64,000 nucleotides of DNA from Leucoraja erinacea (Eukaryota), in the NCBI RefSeq assembly GCF_028641065.1, contig NC_073399.1, positions 2,790,001 through 2,854,000 on the forward strand. Direction: 5' to 3'. The translations under genes were made by a program, and so were the position numbers. Within the stretch, counting starts at the first letter, position 1, and each line of letters begins with the position of its first letter. A model generated the notes under the pieces. The model saw only the letters and a list, made by a program, of their open reading frames with translations. It searched no databases and was not told the origin of the DNA. Of this stretch, positions 13,505-26,400 are shown one piece after another.

Positions 13505-14030
13505 CCTCCTGCACATTGGCATCACAAAACGTAGACTCAGCGATCGTTTCGCTGAACGCTTGTGCTCGTTCCGCCAAGACCTACCGGATCTTCTGGTTGC
13601 TAACCCCTTTAACTCCCATCTGTTGCAATCCTGGGCCTTCTCCATTGCCATAGTGAGGCCACATGCAAACTGGAGGAAGCCACCTCATATTTATCTTAGC
13701 TAGCTTACAGCCCAGCCATATGAACGTTGAATTCTCTCATTTTAGGTTCCCTCTACAAATATTCCCATCCCCTGCCTCTCCCCACATCCCCCACTAAAAG
13801 TCCGTTCACCAGTTTCCATGATTCACAACTACCTACCCATCTTGCTAGCCCACAATCAGCCTATCAGGGAACCTCCTTGCCTGGGGTCATCTGTTGCCGG
13901 CCCTGTTTCATGCTGTTTTTTTCTTGCTTCCATTTCCCACCCACCCCACAATCAGTCTGAGGAAGGGTCCCGACCTGAAACGTCACCTATCCATTTCCCC
14001 AGAGGCGCTGCCTGACCCTCTGAGTGTTTT
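13505..14030 (+). mobile_element. Penelope-like element: GIY-YIG endonuclease C-terminus + pseudo-LTR
   Basis: LLHIGITKRRLSDRFAERL..DLLVANPFNS..ILGLLHC..EATCKLEE.HLIF.LASLQP..MNVEFSHFR, resembling PLE YIGETKRRL.DRF.EH..; hammerhead-like core at 13957-13984. Confidence 0.85.
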
Positions 14031-14059
14031 GTGCCGATCTCTGAACCACCCCCACCTCT

Positions 14060-14846
14060 TGGCAAAAACGGGGAAAGCAGACTATTATCTAAATGGTGGC
14101 CGATTGGGAAAGGGGGAGATGCAGCGAGACCTGGGTGTCATGGTACACCAGTCATTGAAGGTAGGCATGCAGGTGCAGCAGGCAGTAAAGAAAGCGAATG
14201 GTATGTTAGCTTTCATTGCAAAAGGATTTGAGTATAGGAGCAGGGAGGTTCTACTGCAGTTGTACAGGGTCTTGGTGAGACCACACCTGGAGTATTGCGT
14301 ACAGTTTTGGTCTCCAAATCTGAGGAAGGACATTATTGCCATAGAGGGAGTGCAGAGACGGTTCACCAGACTGATTCCTGGGATGTCAGGACTGTCTTAT
14401 GAAGAAAGACTGGATAGACTTGGTTTATACTCTCTAGAATTTAGAAGATTGAGAGGGGATCTTATAGAAACTTACAAAATTCTTAAGGGGTTGGACAGGC
14501 TAGATGCAGGAAGATTGTTCCCGATGTTAGGGAAGTCCAGGACAAGGGGTCACAGCTTAAGGATACGGGGGAAATCCTTTAAAACCGAGATGAGAAGAAC
14601 TTTTTTCACACAGAGAGTGGTGAATCTCTGGAACTCTCTGCCACAGAGGGTAGTTGAGGCCAGTTCATTGGCTATATTTAAGAGGGAGTTAGATGTGGCC
14701 CTTGTGGCTAAGGGGATCAGGGGGTATGGAGAGAAGGCAGGTACGGGATACTGAGTTGGATGATCAGCCATGATCATATTGAATGGCGGTGCAGGCTCGA
14801 AGGGCCGAATGGCCTACTCCTGCACCTAATTTCTATGTTTCTATGT
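14060..14846 (+). mobile_element. Young CR1 LINE 3' fragment, open frame
   Basis: About 230 uninterrupted codons YYLNG..RDLGV.VH.SLK..GYGEKAGTGY*; TTTCTATG tail. Confidence 0.95.
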
Positions 14847-15099
14847 TTTCCAGCTTTGTCTCTCTCACTGCAGTCAGACTGAGGAAGGGTCCCAGCCCCG
14901 CATCATCGCCGATCCTCGTCCTCCAGAGATGCTGCTTGACCTGTTGAGTTACTCCAGTACTTTGTCTTCCAGTGAGAGGTCTGGGTGGGATGTGCTTTCT
15001 CTAAATACCATGCAGGAGGAGGCTCGCTGCTCTCTGGCTGGTCTTTGCCTCCTGCTCCAGGTCACTGAATGGTCAGTCATGCTCATAACGGTGTAGAAT

Positions 15100-15399
15100 T
15101 TCGAGATTCCGTGCAGAAACAGGCCCTTCAGCCCATCGAGTCCGCACCGACCAGCACTCCCTGCACAGTGACACCATTCTGCACACACTACGTACAATTT
15201 ACACTTATACCAAGCCAATTAAACTACAAACATGTACGTCTTTGGAGTGTGGGAGGAAACCGAAGTTCTCAGAGAAAACCCACTCAGTCACAGGGAGAAG
15301 GTACAGACTCCATGCAGGCAGCACCCGTAGTCAGGATCGAACCTGGGTCTCTGGCGCTGTAAGCACGGTAAGGCAGCAACTCTACCACTGCACCACCGT
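15100..15399 (-). mobile_element. HE1-type SINE
   Basis: Same head/core/tail as 62721-63048. Further copies near 7000-7260, 7360-7600, 9930-10080, 16420-16530 and 17415-17678. Confidence 0.85.
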
Positions 15400-17323
15400 A
15401 GAGTAGCATCATCATTGAGATTCCCATTGAGTTAGTGTCTGAGTAACTAACTGCTGAAGATAGCACACTCTGGTAGTGCACTCTGTTGACTTTAGAAACT
15501 GCTTGCTTGACCAGTTCACATTGACTTAACTTTTCCCAGGGTAGATCTTCCTTTTCTCAGATAGATGGGAGGTTGAGTGATGCAGCTGGTAATGCAGCTG
15601 CCTCACAACTCCAGTGACACAGGTTCAATCCTGACGTCTGGCGCTTTTAGTGTGGAGTTTGCATGTTCTATCTAAGATGCCAATGCCTGCACTTCCTTGT
15701 GTCAAGAAACATGTGAAGGTTGACCATTAATTCATTGGTTTTACACTCTATCAAGATCTTAATCAAGATCAAGGTTTTAATAGTTTTTTTCCAATATGCC
15801 TGCTAATTCAAAGACCAACATCCCTAGTTCTCCCGGCTTCTGATGCCCCTTTAAAATTATACCTTTTATTTCCTACTGCTTCCTCATTCATGCTTCCAAT
15901 ATCTATCACATTATGACAGATATTATTCTGTTCTGTGACACGTACTCATCCCTCATGCACATTAATTGCTCAATTCCAACACTTATCTGACGATTATATG
16001 AGCCTGGGATGAAAGCCAAGCTAAACTCTACATGTTGAATAATCAGGGTGACATATACAGTTGAGGTTGGGTTGTTCTTTACAGGGCATGACGGGATAGA
16101 GGAATGAATTAGCCCAAAATAAATTTGCATGCCTTGCTTTGTTTCCAGATCGAAAATAGTGAGAAAAACGAAAAGCCATGGCAACAATAATAATAGCAAT
16201 TTACACATGCTGGGCACCTTTAACAGCATGAAGCATCCCCAGGGGCATCTCAGGAAGCTGATCAAGCAAAATGTAACCAAAGCTAAAATAATATTGGGGG
16301 CAGATGATCAGATGTTTATTTTAGTTTAGAGATGCAGCATGGTGACAGGCCCTTCGACCCACCCGTTTATACTAGTTCCATGCTATTCCACTTTCTACGT
16401 TCCAGGGCAATCAGCTAGGGGTGTCACGGTGGCACAGCGGTAGAGTTGCTGTCTTACAGCACCAGAGACCCAGGTTCGATCCTGGCTACGGGTTCTGTCT
16501 GTATGGAGTTTGTACGTTTTCCCTGTAACCCACAAATAATAGGTTTAGTATAGCAGTGAGCTTTCCAGTCCTAGCATCAGGGTTCGAATCCAATGAACAG
16601 TTCGAATCCCAAACTAAATTAACAGCTAAAATTTCAATGCAATGCAAAGCCAAATTGACAATATCACTGAAAAGGCTAAAAAGTAAGAACTGGAGATAAT
16701 ATGAGTGGCCTGAAAACATCGGGCTGGCTGCGGAGGCCACATATAGGCCCTGACCTCGGGTGATCACAGAACACTGAACTTTCTAGTGCCTTTCCCCTGA
16801 GTGGAAAAATGTTGGTTCTGCTGTGGGAGGGACATTCATGTTACATTCTATAATGTGTTGTGTCATTTTTTTTCCCATGGATGTATGAAAACCTAATTAT
16901 TTATTTAATGTAAAGCACGTTGGTTTCAATGCCAGCTGATTTAAACGTGCTCTATAAATAAAATGTACTTACTAACTAACTTACATTGATTGCGGATGCT
17001 GGAATCAGGAACTGCAAAGAATCTGCTGAAGGAACTCGGTGCATGGAGCAGAGTCTGTGGGAGGGGAGGATTGGGCAGCGAGAGAGGGTTTCACAGAGGT
17101 CCTGTCAGAGAGAGGAAGACAACTCCTTCAATGACAGCATAGCTTATAAAGTGGTAAAACAGTGACATGAGAGACTGCAGATGCTGAAATCAAAAGGAAA
17201 GTATAATCTCCCGGATGAACTCAGCAGATCAGGCACAATCACCTACCGATGCCGTTCGACCCACTGAACTGCTCCAGCACATTATTTGTTGCTCATAATA
17301 GATTTTTTTAGATGTTAGATTTA

Positions 17324-17414
17324 AGGGCCTGTCCCACTTATGTGATGTTTCTCGGCGACCTGCTGCGACTGACGGGTGCTGGCAAGTCGCCGAAAAAAAT
17401 CGCGTAAAGGCCCT
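17324..17414. mobile_element. Short palindromic Harbinger-like MITE
   Basis: TTA|AGGGCCT ... AGGCCCT|TTA (3-bp TTA TSD); inner inverted arms TCGGCGACCTGC / GCAAGTCGCCGA. Confidence 0.6.
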
Positions 17415-18149
17415 TTAGAGATACCGTGTGGAAACAGGCCCTTTGGCACAGCCTGTTCACGCTCAAACAACCATCGATTGCCCACACACTAGTTCTACGC
17501 TATCCCATCCTACACACAAGGCGCAATTTTACTTACAAACCTGCGCGTGGAGAAAACAACATAGGGTCACAGGGAGAACGTACAAACTCCGCACAGACAG
17601 CATTCAAGGTCAGGATCGAACCTGGGTCTCTAGCGCTGTAAGACAGTAACGCCACCCGCTGCACCACTGTGCCGCCCATGCTATTACTAATGCAGCTAGA
17701 CAAGTTCTTCTAGATAGGAATAACTCATGCAAATAAATGCAAATATGCCATTCAAGTTTTGCATTGTATGTTTATTTTATAGCAGCATCTAGGTGGTTGC
17801 GTTGAGCTGGTGAGAGATTTTATCTGTATTTGAATCGGACAAACTGCAGAAAAGAGGGAAAGAGTTAAAATATTGAGGAAAACTTCATAGAATTTAAGTA
17901 AAAAGGAAAGTTATCAATGCAAAAATCCTAAACTTCTCTCAGAAAGTGGTGCTTACTAAACTTTAGAATCACAGCAGATAAACTGGGCAAACGGAGATTC
18001 ATTTGAAATGTTCCTTGCATTTGATTCTTACTATGACTACCACCCTCGTCAGCTTTTGGCAACAATTTTGCTTAGTGAGAGGGTTAGGTTTCATGTTCCA
18101 TGTGACAGTACAAATATCTAGGTCGATGATCAATGCATGAATGAGGTAA

Positions 18150-18652
18150 TGTGACACAATTCGATGCGTTGCCTCGTAGATTTCTAATTGACGCTCCATG
18201 TGTATCTCTCAGGCGGATGGGAGAGATTTCTTGGCATTTGTGTTGAAGAACTGGCATGGGGGTTAAAACCTCACTCATCAAAAGTAGGAAAAGATTATCT
18301 GGTCAGAAACACGTTGCTTTTGTGGAGTTCATTTTAGTTTATTGTCACATGTCCCGAGGTACTATGAAAATCTTTTGTTGCCTGCTAACCAGTCAGCGGA
18401 AAAACAATGCGTGATTACAATCGAGCCGTTCACAGTGTACAGATACATGATAAGAGAATAGTGCAAGGTAAAGCCAATAAAGTCCAATCAAAGATAGTCC
18501 GACGATCACCAAGAGGTAGATAGTAGTTCCATTTGCAATGTGTAAGTTGGTTGCTGTGAGGTGTATCCACCATTACAAAATGATAGCATTATTGGTTGCA
18601 AAACATCTTGTAATGTCCTGAATTGTGAAAGGTAGTATGCGAGTCTTTCTTT
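18150..18652 (+). mobile_element. Ancient Deu-domain SINE (SacSINE-like) remnant, interrupted at about 18325-18530
   Basis: AGATTATCTGGTCA..TTGC..TTTGTGG and ATTGGTTGCAAAAC..TGTCCTGA..GTGAAAGG segments resemble recalled DeuSINE consensus. Similar minus-strand remnant at about 51740-51900. Confidence 0.5.
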
Positions 18653-18884
18653 TGAATAGAAGTCTTATTACTTGGCAGATGTAATGAGACCTAGACTATA
18701 AACTCTGGTAGTAAATAGAACCAGTTTAATTAGTTTTTCTCGTTATTAAAGAATAAAGGGTTTTGTATGAGTGTAGGTGAGCGAGAGAGAGAATAACATG
18801 CATGAAGGCAACTATGCAGACAGGCAGACAGAGCAATAGAAAACACATACAGAGATAACACAGCAGTAGTAGATAACACAGAGT

Positions 18885-19108
18885 GGTAGCGGTGTGGAAT
18901 GAGCTTCCATTGGAAGTGGTGGAGGCAGGTTCATTGGTATCATTTAAAAGTAAATTGGATAGGCATATGGATGAGAAGGGAATGGAGGGTTATGGTATGA
19001 GTGCAGGCAGGTGGGACTAAGGGGGAATAAAATTTGTTCGGCACGGACTTGTAGGGCCGAGATGGCCTGTTTCCGTGCTGTAATCGTTATATGTTATATG
19101 TTATATGT
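18885..19108 (+). mobile_element. CR1/HER1 3' tail
   Basis: Near-identical reverse complement of 8691-8920; (TTATATG)n end. Confidence 0.85.
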
Positions 19109-20192
19109 TAGTAAAGATAGCAAATGTAAAATTGCAATAGGGAGCTACTGAAACTGCATTACATATGAATGCAGATTTGTCAGAGGAAAGCATTTTTTTC
19201 TCATCGCTCTGCTTTTAAATTTTAGCATAGGGGATGACTGTTTACAGCTGATATGTCTCTGCTTATGTCTGAAGAAGGTTCTCAGTCTGAAACGTCACCC
19301 ATTCCTTCTATCCAGAGATGCCACGTGTCCCGCTGAGTTACTCCAGCATTTTGTGTCTATCGTCGGAGTAAACCAGCATTTGCAGTTCCTTCCTAAATGT
19401 TTAAAACTGAGTAACAATATATATACACTTCGCCTTTCATAAGTATTTAGAAAAATATAAAGGAAATTATTAGTGACAGGGCAGGGATTAGATAAAAATA
19501 CTACTTAGCACAGGAGGCTGTAATAATGACATTTAACATTTAAAGGATTGATGGGTCATAGGTCCAGATTATGGACAAATAAATGAATCCAAGCTTTCAT
19601 TCTTGTAAGTGTTATATAACGTGCACTAATCCAAAGGTGATATTCAGTCATTATTCCCATTGCAATAGTCCTGGATTGATTCCAGATACCATTCCTGCAG
19701 CTGTATGGAGTGGGCGTAGGTTGTGTCAAAGTACACTACAATGGCAGTAATTAGACCATTAATCATAAATAAATGTCAAACATTAGTCATGTCTGGTCTC
19801 TCCAATCCTGAAATACAGGAATGAGACAATGGATTGGCCCTCCTCCTATACTCCAGCTTTTACAAGATTCCTGATTCACCAAATTATTTTCTTACTAACT
19901 GTGGTTCTGTTGAGATATATTTCCAAGGGATCACTGCATTCTAGAATCAAAAAACTTTCATAGGGTGATTTCATCCATGATGTTCATATCTGTCCATATC
20001 TGTCCATATCTACCTAGATCTATTTAGCTCTCTCCATCGATCATGCTTTACAAGTGCATATCCAAGTATCATTTAAATGTGAACAGGTGTTCTGTCTTTG
20101 CCACTCCTTCCAGAGTTCCAATACCCACATCCCTCTGTTTCAAAAAAATCCTGACTTCCCCTCTAATCCTTCTATTAATTTCTATAAATCAA

Positions 20193-20400
20193 CTAGACTA
20201 AGTGGGTCCCGTTGGGCCCCATGTTCACACGGGAGGGCTGGCCCCCAAACGTAATATTCCACCTCTCCACCAATTCCAATATAGGTGGCCAGTGGCTGGA
20301 CGGCAGTCTTACGAATCTCAAATTGTGCAGTATAGAGGCAAATAAATAAATGACGGGTCTTTGTCCCAAACATTATGGAGGGCATTGTAAGAGATCCTGT
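20193..20400 (-). mobile_element. Possible non-autonomous Helitron 3' end
   Basis: Minus strand: GC hairpin GGGCCC-AAC-GGGACCC, 7 nt, then CTAG|T. A degraded related copy lies at about 27990-28105. Confidence 0.45.
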
Positions 20401-21507
20401 CTTTGCATGGACTATGCCAGCCAACTCTATTTACTTTCCTTCACTTTCCTCTACTTTCACCATTCCTGCTCTCCAGAGTAACTCCGGCATTTTGCGTCCA
20501 TCTTTGGTTTAAACCAGCATCTGCAGTTCCTTCTTAAACACTTCTACTTGCCCTCTCTATATATCCAAACTTTTAACTTTCCCTCAAGACCAGAAATCCC
20601 TCATGACTTAATATTAAGTTAACTAATATCAGCACCGATAGACAGGTTGGTGGAAAGTGCCAGGTTTTCAAATAACAAATGCCGGCAATAAATTTCATTC
20701 AATCATACAAAAGGATCAAAGTGTCACATTTTGTGCAACATGGTGCAGATGTACAAGATCGATCAACTTCAACAATCGCTGGCAGTGAGAGGGGACTAGT
20801 GGAGCTGAAATCTATAAATAATGGAGATATTTTCTTTCAATCTGATTTACTACTGTTTACCATCTAGAAATTCTATGAATGGTAAGTTCAGTGCTTTAAT
20901 GTCAAAAGAGTTCAGGAGTTTCCATCCGAGACTGATTTATACGAAGTATATGAAGGAGATTCCACCAGCTGCCCAGCCCCCTATCTTTCTTCACCATCCC
21001 CTCTTCATTTCATTCAATCAATAGCATTAAATGCGCTAATCCAGGTCAAACAAATGAGACATGAACCAGACCTGAACAAGTCATTCATTAGTCTTTCACA
21101 AGGCAGGTTTCCAGAACCACAGGAGAAACCTATTGCATGCTGTCAAAGAACTATGCTAATCCAGATCTGAAATGCACTGAACAACTACTCATATAATCAA
21201 ACATTAAATAACCATGGGATCCTACATTCAATTGTTTAGAAGTTTCCCTGTCAACCTTATCCAAACTTTCCCACCACCATCTTCTGTGTGCAGGAAATTT
21301 TAGAGTTTGTATTCTTAAGGAATCTCCGCCATTGGCAAACATTCTCACATGTATCACACTCTGTTTCTCTGCTACTGATCCACGGCCAATTCGTCCACAC
21401 CTCCGTTAGAGCCTGTGGGAATATTCCAAAATATAGTGAGCAGGCAGATTGCCGAGCAGATTCAGTGATGGGCCGATTCAAGTTTGACGGCCAGGTGGCC
21501 ATTTAAT

Positions 21508-21815
21508 AGCCACGTGGCGCAACAGTAGAGTTGCCGCCTAACGGTGCTTGAAGCGCCGGAGATCCGGGTTCGATCCCAACTATGTGGGAGCTGTCTGTAC
21601 GGAATGCGTACGTCCCCCCGCGTGACCATGTGGGTTTTGTCCAAGATCTTCCTCCCACACTCCAAAGCCGTGCTGATCTGTAGATTAATTGGTTGGGGTA
21701 CGTGTCCCTAGATTGTGTATGATGGTGTCAATGTGCAGGGATTGATGGTCGGCATGCATTCAGCGGGCCGAAGGGCCTGTTTCCATGCTGTATCTCTAAA
21801 CTAAACTAAACTAAA
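21508..21815 (+). mobile_element. HE1-type SINE
   Basis: B-box GGTTCGATCCC, V-core, (CTAAA)n tail. Confidence 0.88.
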
Positions 21816-22037
21816 GCCTTGTTTTTTGTGGCTGTTGGCCACCTTCCTGGTCAAAATGGCCAGAAAACAGAGTAAGTTAACAGTACAACTCCACAGGAAG
21901 ACCCCAGAGTTACAGACTGCTGGCCAGCAAAGAGAGGTCATATTTGAAGGAGTCTTAACTGTTTGGGAAAGATGGTGGAATTGCTAAAATAGATGGCTCA
22001 CACTCCCTCCACAGTCTTGGTCGCACGATAGAAAAGT

Positions 22038-22548
22038 CTTAGAGTGATACAACGTGGAAACAGGCCCTTTGGCCCATCTTGCCCACACCGTCAACATGTC
22101 CCAGCTACACTAGTCCCACCCGCCTGCGTTTGGCCCATATCCCACCAAACCTGTCCTATCCATGTACATGTCCAATTGATACTTAAACTTTGGGATAGTC
22201 CTCGCCTCAACTACCTCCTCTGACAGCTTGTTCCATACACCCAGGACCACAGAGTTGCTGAGCGGCACAGTGGTGCAGCAGGTAGAGCTGCTGCCTCACA
22301 GCGCCAGAGACCAGCGTTCGACCCTGACCTCGAGTGTAGAGTTTACAGTTGTCCCAGTGACCTCCAGGTGCTCCAGTTCCCTCCCACATCCCAAAGACGT
22401 GTGGGTTTGTAGGTTCATTGGCCATTGTAAATGACCCATCAAATGTGTCGGGAGTGGATGGGAAAGTGGGATAAGATAGAACTAGTGTGAATGGGTGATC
22501 GATGGCCAGTGTGGACATGGTGGGTCGAGGAGCCTGTTTCCATTCTGT
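22038..22548. mobile_element. CR1/HER1 tail (minus, 22038-22245) abutting an HE1 SINE (plus, 22261-22548)
   Basis: Both carry the shared GGGCC..AGGGCCTGTTTCC-type 3' motif. Confidence 0.8.
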
Positions 22549-23332
22549 TCAGCAACCGCTGCCTCACTTAGGCAAACCTCTTCAAAGGAATGTTATTTGC
22601 TCAATGGTCTTGTACATAATATAGGACCCATTCTTCTTCATAGTGGGCCTCCATGGTGCCTGCAATTTAAAATAATCATCAGTGGATTGGTGCAGGGAAC
22701 TTTGTGGCAAGTTTCAGGCAGATGGAGATGAATTCCATCGCACTCTCCACCATGTGTAAGGAAGAACATTCACATCTGCCCACAGATGTGAGGTTTTAGC
22801 AAATGGAACGGTTCGTCAGACTGAAAGTTCAATACATCTGAAGCCCAAAACCACTTGAGACAAAAGATCAGAGCACAGCATCCAAATGATGATTACACCA
22901 CACACTCTTCCTGTGAGCTGGCTTTCCTTCCTGTTTGTCTTTGGAGTGTGGAAGGAAATTCTTGGGGAGATCCTGTTATGAAGACCAGTATACAAATGCA
23001 AATTCTTTCTTTCCCTATTTTCTGAAAACCAATTACAACAATTGATACATTAATGAAGTGGCTGTACTATGGATGGTTAGATAGATAGATGGATAGATAG
23101 TCAAGGTCTCCATTAAAAAATGAAGAGATAAGACAAAACCAACTTCAAAGTGGGTGGTAGATACAAGGAAGGACTCAAAGTGCTGGAGTAACTCAGCGGG
23201 TCAGGCAGCATCCATGGAGTGGGTTCAGATTGTGTGAATTAATTCTACAAATGACTCGGCATTTCAAAATCTGTGATTGTAATTATATTGAGCCAGTTCA
23301 TTTTGACTGGTGGATCCGAGCTGTAGATGAAT

Positions 23333-23488
23333 GGGTGGGGGAAGTGGGCGTGGGGGGTGGGGTGGGGGGGGGGGGGGATGGTGGCTGGGGTGGGGGGGGG
23401 GGGGGGGGGGGGCGGGTGGGGTGGGGGCGGGTGGGGGGGGGGTGGAGGGAGGGGGGGGGGTGGGGGGGGGGGGGGGGGGTGGGTGGGG
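23333..23488. repeat. G-rich low-complexity run
   Basis: Near-homopolymeric G tracts at the start of the noisy segment. Confidence 0.9.
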
Positions 23489-26400
23489 ATGTTGTGCCGC
23501 ATCCCTGGCTATTGGTACATCTGAGACACACAACATTGCAAAAACCTCTGGGATCTTACGCAAAAAGTAGCAACTCGCAGAAACTCAAAACAGGTCAGGA
23601 AGCGCTACAATGCCGGGCTAGGCGGGAGGTTAGTGTAGTAGTTTCATGTGGGCGGCTTTGGGCCATATTGGGCGGAAAGGAATGTTTACACACTATATGG
23701 AGTCATTGGAGTAGGTGGCGGGTAGCCTCCCGACTTTACTCATACCCCAGGTAATACAAGCAGTTTAATTTTGCTTGGGGCTAGGTACAAAACTGTCAGA
23801 CAGTATCTTGATTAAAGTATCAGACTTGCTGCTTATATTCCGGTGTCGTAGCTGATTTGCGTTTCCCCCTCTCTGCCTTCACACTCCTCTTAGGTACCTA
23901 CACCAGCGCCGATTAGGTCTTGGCGGCCATGTGCAATCCGGATTGAGCCTTAGGAAACCAGCCAGCCATATTCACCCGCGATAACAATGTTTTGAATTTC
24001 TCGTTCCGATCTTCACGAACCTTACCCTTCAAATTCGAGAAAGACATTCCCTGCGACCTGATCATATCAGTCTGTAAGACATGGTCGTCCCCGAGTCATG
24101 AATAAACGTGGTCCATAATCCTATCTCCCCACTGTATCTCCAGAGCATGGGTGCACGGTTCACGTGATGTATTACGCCAGTTAGTAGTGCTCTTCCTGCG
24201 CGTGATGAGCTAAAAACGGGCATCTAGCAGCACCCGGGTGCCCTTTCGATTAACCGCACATATTCAGTCACTGTCTTGAATAATTGCACTTTGTGATGCC
24301 AGAAATGGACAGATCTGAGACTACAGAAGTCGCATCGAGCAGGATTAAAGACCTGCATGAGGCTGGTTAACCTGTGTTCACACACAAACATACAAAAACC
24401 TTCAGCTAAGCTTCAAAATCTTCAAAGATCCATGCAGACGTGAAGAACTAATCTGAGTAAAACATCACGTGGGTGGCTGTGTTAGTGTGTCTTCTCTCCT
24501 CATCTGCAGAGATGTTGCCCGACCTTGCTAGTTGTGTTCTAAATCCATAATTTTAATCTGTTTTTTCATTCGAGAGATAAACTTTTTTACTTGCCATAAT
24601 CTGTTGTTTTATTTGTATTATTTTAGAGCGTTTACATATAAGCATCACACGGAAACATGTCCTTCTCTGTCCCCACATGTAGTGCATGCTTACGTCACCA
24701 AGTCGCCACTTAACACCGCATTCACTTGCAGCTGGTTCTATGTAATCCACTTTACTCATTCCCCTCTCTACAACCGGGGCATAGTTGACGCTACAAACCG
24801 GCTACGTCATTCATGATGTAGATACACCGCCTGCAGTCACAGGCCAAACTATTGCAAACCCTTCCATCCAAGATAGCACCTCGATGTCAGAGCTCAAACC
24901 GGGTCTTTGGATTTCTGTACCAGGCAGCAGCGTCCTACCCCTCATCCACCACTGCGCTGACCGGGTCGCTTGTAGCAGTGACTATATCGGCATTTAAAGC
25001 TCTTCCCGATTTAACGGAAATCTGCTAAGATGATTTGCGTAGATACAGTGCCCCTCCTAAGGTGTGGATCACAAAGATCCATCATTTTCCGCTTGTATTC
25101 TTGCCTCTGTACTCCATTTGAGACGGGTGTGAAGTAGAACATGCACATGTGTCAGATTATAATTAATTAGGCCTCCTCAATTTGTATACATTCTTTATTG
25201 TTTCAACCTGTAGTAAATTACACGCTGTATAATACACGCCCACGCTCCCTCTCCCCCCCCCTTTCCCCCATTTCAGGGCACCATATTGATAGGGGACACA
25301 GCAATGTTGATATGTAAAGTGAAAGTTGTACACATACAGTATCAGTCAAACTGTGTGCACATCCTTTGCATGCAATGCACGCTGTGTTAGTCCGTGGGAT
25401 TGATGACATGCACCAGAGTTATTGCTTGTGGTTGTCTTCTCTGGTGATTGCTCGACGCCGGCCTGGATGGCAGACACCTTTAAACTTAACCATTTGGTAT
25501 GGGGAGGGCAGCCCGCACCGCTCCGGCCTCAACTTCGACAATAATCCCCCCCTATGGCCAATGGGTTCAGGGTGGCTGGTTGGGTAGTGGCTTAGGCGGC
25601 AGAGGTAATGGCAAGAATTGACCATTTTTTGGCTAATGAGAAAACTCCTTTTGCTGAGCAGTAGTTTGGGACTCTCTTGTCAACTGCTAGCAATGAACTT
25701 GAGCTCAGGCCAACGGTTTCGCGGCACAAAAAACTGTAGCCGAAATAGAGATGTGACCGAGCCCCTTTGGCGGGTCATTATGTTTCTAAGGACACTTGGA
25801 ACGGAGAGGAATCATAAGTGAGCCTGTCACCCGTCTGGACACAGCCTAACATTTGCCGCCCTTCACCAGCGACACACCCGTGGGCCACCGTGTATTCACA
25901 AGCTGTTCTCCAAACTGTGGCTCTGTTATGCTGGTCTTGGGGGACAGATTAGTATGAAGTGGCATGGTGGGATTGCGCTTGAGAATATGCCGAAAATGTC
26001 CGGCCCTATTTGCACAAATGTTGACAGGTATGTGTAGGTGTGAAGGTGATGGAGCCATCTGGACTCTTGTCTTCCAACATTAGTTGTGGGTGGATGGAGT
26101 AGTTAGGGCAGATTTTTACAGGGTATAGTTCGCGGTCCTCGGTGTTGATCCGTTCATCTTCTTCGAAGATTTGTGAACTCTCTCCGTTCCTCCTACCACA
26201 TAATGAGGACCTCCCCAAAATGCCCTGTTTAAAAACCTAACAACCTGGTGTGCAGGATGTTCCCTAGTATCCCGAACGGGGAGTAGCACCTAAGCAACCG
26301 CAAGGGGTCATGTAACACCCACGCAACTGGTTTTAATATAGTAGAAATTCTGGTCAGGGTCCTTTAGTCCTTGTCAAAACCCTCCGATGGGAGAAAGTGA

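Noticed and set aside
23230-23754. Gly-rich/Pro-rich ORFs and G-quadruplex potential
   Set aside because: Products of a poly-G run at the edge of low-quality sequence.
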